Both the position numbers and the translations under genes were made by a program. Below are positions 29,461 through 32,000 of a DNA stretch of 32,000 nt, piece by piece. Below the pieces are notes generated by a model that saw nothing but the letters and a program-made list of their open reading frames with translations, was not told the origin of the DNA and searched no databases. Each line of letters begins with the position of its first letter. Within the stretch, counting starts at the first letter, position 1. Location: positions 780,001-812,000 of the forward strand of contig NC_016012.1 in NCBI RefSeq assembly GCF_000283555.1, written 5' to 3'. This stretch comes from Candidatus Arthromitus sp. SFB-rat-Yit (GTDB lineage: Bacteria; Bacillota; Clostridia; Clostridiales; Clostridiaceae).

Positions 29461-30606
29461 TTATCCTCTATATCTCTTAACTATAATCTTTAATTCCTCA
29501 AGTACATAATCTATATCCGATATTTTTGAATTTTTCCCCAAAGTAAACCTAACAGAACCTTGAGCCTCCAACGGAGAAAGACCTATAGCTTGAAGTACAT
29601 GTGACGAATTCACAGATCCAGAATTACAAGAACTACCACTGGAGGCACATATTCCTTTTAAATCTAAAGCTAAAAGTATTCCCTCGTCTTTAATTCCGTC
29701 AAAACAAACATTTATATTATTGTTTGTTCTGTATTCAAGCGATCCATTTATACGACTATTTGGTATTTCCTTCAAAATCCTATCAATCATATAATCTCTA
29801 AGTTCTCTAAGTTTTTCATTCTCTTCTTCTCTTTCTCTGCAAGCAAGCTCAATTGCCTTACTAATACCAACAATACCATAAACATTTTCAGTACCAGATC
29901 TACGACCTTTCTCCTGACTTCCACCATGTATATAATTTTCAATATTTGTTCCCTCTTTTATGTACAAAACCCCAATTCCTTTAGGAGCATATATTTTATG
30001 ACCCGATATAGATAATAAATTTACAAATTTATATTTATCGAGCGATATATCAATTTTCCCTATAGCTTGTATCGCATCAGTGTGAAAAATAACATTTCTA
30101 TCATGACAAACTTTTGATATAGCATCAACATCTTGAATAGTTCCTATTTCATTGTTAACAAAAGCAACAGAAACAAGTATTGTTTTATCAGTAATTGCAT
30201 TAATTACGTCGTTTACATTAACAATACCATCAGAATTAACATCTAAATATGTAACCTTAAATCCATTTTGCTCTAAATATTTGCAAGTATACAAAACAGA
30301 ATGATGTTCTATCTTTGCTATTATAATATGATTGCCTTTTTTTCTATTAGCAAAAGCAACTCCCTTAATCGCCCAATTATTCGACTCTGTTCCACCACTT
30401 GTAAAAAATATTTCTTTCCTTTGACATTTTAAAGCATTAGCAATATTTTCTCTAGAATGTTCTATTGCATTCTTGGCAATTCTTGAAAATTCATGTATGC
30501 CCGAAGGGTTTCCAAAATTATCAAAAAGATATGGCTTCATTTCTTTCATAACTTCATCTCTTAAAAAAGTCGTAGCAGCATAATCCATATAAATTCGTTC
30601 ATTCAT
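29461..30606 (-). CDS. Cysteine desulfurase (IscS/NifS family)
   Basis: ORF track starts at a TTG at 30615; GGGG spacing favours the ATG at 30606 (MNERIYMDYAATTF). ISGHKIYAPKGIGVLYI PLP-lysine region; SSGSSCNSG active-site Cys loop. Confidence 0.94.
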   Translation of the reverse strand: MNERIYMDYAATTFLRDEVMKEMKPYLFDNFGNPSGIHEFSRIAKNAIEHSRENIANALKCQRKEIFFTSGGTESNNWAIKGVAFANRKKGNHIIIAKIEHHSVLYTCKYLEQNGFKVTYLDVNSDGIVNVNDVINAITDKTILVSVAFVNNEIGTIQDVDAISKVCHDRNVIFHTDAIQAIGKIDISLDKYKFVNLLSISGHKIYAPKGIGVLYIKEGTNIENYIHGGSQEKGRRSGTENVYGIVGISKAIELACREREEENEKLRELRDYMIDRILKEIPNSRINGSLEYRTNNNINVCFDGIKDEGILLALDLKGICASSGSSCNSGSVNSSHVLQAIGLSPLEAQGSVRFTLGKNSKISDIDYVLEELKIIVKRYRG

Positions 30607-31045
30607 TGATATCAACCCCTATATTAATAAAATTTAATTTATTATGTTCATCTATTATATCTTGAAGTGTAACCGATGAAAAAATATTGTTAATAGCATC
30701 TCTTATTTTAACCCACAAAACACGTGTAGCACATCTATCCAAATTATCACAAGTCGAATTGTTTTCGGCACAATCCGATATATTAATAGGTCCTTCGACT
30801 ACATCTATAATATCCTTAATTGTAATTTCTTTAGGTTTTCTTGTTAATGAATATCCTCCCTTAGCACCTCTAACACTTTTAATAAGGTTCGCTTTCTTAA
30901 GAGTAGAAAACAATTGTTCTAAATAAAGTTCGGATATCTTTTGTTTCTGTGCGATACTACGTACAGACATCATTTCAGTATCATAAGACAGAGCAAGCTC
31001 AAGCATTGCCTTTATTCCATATCTACCTCTAGTAGACATTTTCAT
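30599..31045 (-). CDS. iscR: Rrf2/IscR family transcriptional regulator
   Basis: 148 aa; STRGRYGIKAMLELA, VRGAKGGYSLTRKP, three-Cys cluster CAENNSTCDNLDRC. Confidence 0.88.
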   Translation of the reverse strand: MKMSTRGRYGIKAMLELALSYDTEMMSVRSIAQKQKISELYLEQLFSTLKKANLIKSVRGAKGGYSLTRKPKEITIKDIIDVVEGPINISDCAENNSTCDNLDRCATRVLWVKIRDAINNIFSSVTLQDIIDEHNKLNFINIGVDINE

Positions 31046-31078
31046 GTTAATTCTCCTTAAACTCTATAATAATTCAAA

Positions 31079-31107
31079 ATTATAACAATTTCATTTTTTA
31101 TAGTCAA
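31079..31107 (-). promoter_or_regulatory. Near-consensus SigA-type promoter for the iscR operon
   Basis: Minus strand TTGACT - 17 nt - TATAAT, then AAGGAG RBS and ATG. Confidence 0.75.
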
Positions 31108-31130
31108 CATGACCCACCCATATAAAAATA

Positions 31131-31168
31131 AAAAATCTAATCTTAATAAACAATCAGATTAGATTTTT
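31131..31168 (-). terminator. Terminator downstream of accA
   Basis: Perfect 13-bp stem aaaaatctaatct/agattagattttt; the stop of accA is at 31173. Confidence 0.75.
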
Positions 31169-31172
31169 AAAA

Positions 31173-31979
31173 TTACTCAATTCCATATTGTCCAATTTTT
31201 CTAAATTTTTGATATCTTTCCTCTTTAATTTCATTTCCTGATTTATTTTTAAATCTATTAATAAAGTCAACTATATCTTTCTTCAAAGATTCAGCAACCT
31301 TTTCTTTAGTCACATGTGCCCCTTCGCCGTATTCATCAATTATCTTATCTACAATTCCCAATTTCTTTAAATCGTAAGATGTGAGTTTCAAAACATCAGC
31401 GGCCTCTTTAAACTTACTAGAATCTTTCCACAAAATACTTGCACACGCTTCTGGAGATATTACTGAATAAATTGAGTTTTCAAGCATCCAAATTTCATTA
31501 GCTATAGAAATACCCAAAGCTCCACCACTTCCACCTTCAGATATTACAATCGATAATATAGGACAAGTAAATCCCATCATTTCAAACAAATTTTTTGCAA
31601 TAGCTTCACCCTGTCCTCTTTCTTCGGCTTGTTTACCACAAAATGCACCAGGAGTATCAACAAAAGTTATTATTGGTCTATTAAATTTATTCGCCTGTTT
31701 CATAAGCCTTAAAGCTTTACGATATCCTTCAGGATTAGTCATACCAAAATTTCTCATAATATTATCTTTGGTATTTTCCCCCTTCATTTGTGAAATTATC
31801 GTTACAGGCATATCATCTATAAATCCAATTCCTCCAATCAAAGCTTTATCATCTGAATAATATCGATCACCATGAAATTCTTCAAACGAATCAAATATAT
31901 TTTCTAAATAAAATTTAGCCGTAGGACGCATAGGCATTCTTGCAAGTAAAACCCTATCCCAAATACTCAAATTACTCAT
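31173..31979 (-). CDS. accA: Acetyl-CoA carboxylase carboxyltransferase subunit alpha
   Basis: 268 aa; FHGDRYYSDDKALIGGIG, FNRPIITFVDTPGAFCGKQAEERGQGEAIA, SVISPEACASILWKD. Confidence 0.95.
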   Translation of the reverse strand: MSNLSIWDRVLLARMPMRPTAKFYLENIFDSFEEFHGDRYYSDDKALIGGIGFIDDMPVTIISQMKGENTKDNIMRNFGMTNPEGYRKALRLMKQANKFNRPIITFVDTPGAFCGKQAEERGQGEAIAKNLFEMMGFTCPILSIVISEGGSGGALGISIANEIWMLENSIYSVISPEACASILWKDSSKFKEAADVLKLTSYDLKKLGIVDKIIDEYGEGAHVTKEKVAESLKKDIVDFINRFKNKSGNEIKEERYQKFRKIGQYGIE

Positions 31980-32000
31980 TCACATCTCTCCTATGTGCCT
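31980..32000 (-). CDS. Possible 3' end of an upstream CDS (accD expected by operon convention)
   Basis: Minus-strand frame AGG CAC ATA GGA GAG ATG TGA (...RHIGEM*) ends directly before the accA ATG. Only six codons are visible. Confidence 0.35.
   Translation of the reverse strand, partial: RHIGEM

Noticed and set aside
1-32000. CRISPR arrays, transposons, integrases, restriction-modification, retrons or toxin-antitoxin systems
   Set aside because: No regularly spaced repeats, recombinase motifs, reverse transcriptase motifs or defence-gene signatures were seen. Gene content and order are typical of a conserved chromosomal region.

Overview
This is an AT-rich, chromosomal-type window from a spore-forming Firmicute (clostridial gene order; the organism assignment is inference). 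It is mostly densely packed core genes on the minus strand. In minus-strand order, reading from high to low coordinates, the content is: accA with a possible accD tail, iscR, cysteine desulfurase, mnmA, alaS, ireB, ruvX, fur-family regulator, rnj (RNase J), ylbF-family, mltG, O-methyltransferase (trmR-like), U32 peptidase (trhP-like), a class B PBP, sigK, a PilT-like protein, a GT2 glycosyltransferase, ftsZ, spoIIGA, sigE, sigG, ylmC/ymxH-family, pgeF/ylmD-family, phoP, phoR, pstS, pstC, pstA, pstB, phoU, and a partial N-acetylmuramoyl-L-alanine amidase. The only convincing plus-strand gene is a heavy-metal P1B-ATPase (cadA/zntA-like) lying between sigG and ylmC. I see no CRISPR array, transposase, integrase, toxin-antitoxin pair or rRNA/tRNA gene that I can support, and no clear new multi-gene system. 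The most unusual item is a full-length PilT-like ORF in which the Walker A, Asp-box, Walker B/catalytic Glu and His-box motifs are all eroded. Secondary points are apparent absences from expected syntenic slots (ftsA next to ftsZ, iscU/nifU between cysteine desulfurase and mnmA), the metal ATPase placed between sigG and ylmC, and several regulatory signals: a forespore-type promoter before sigG, Pho-box-like repeats before pstS, and a dyad at the trmR promoter.
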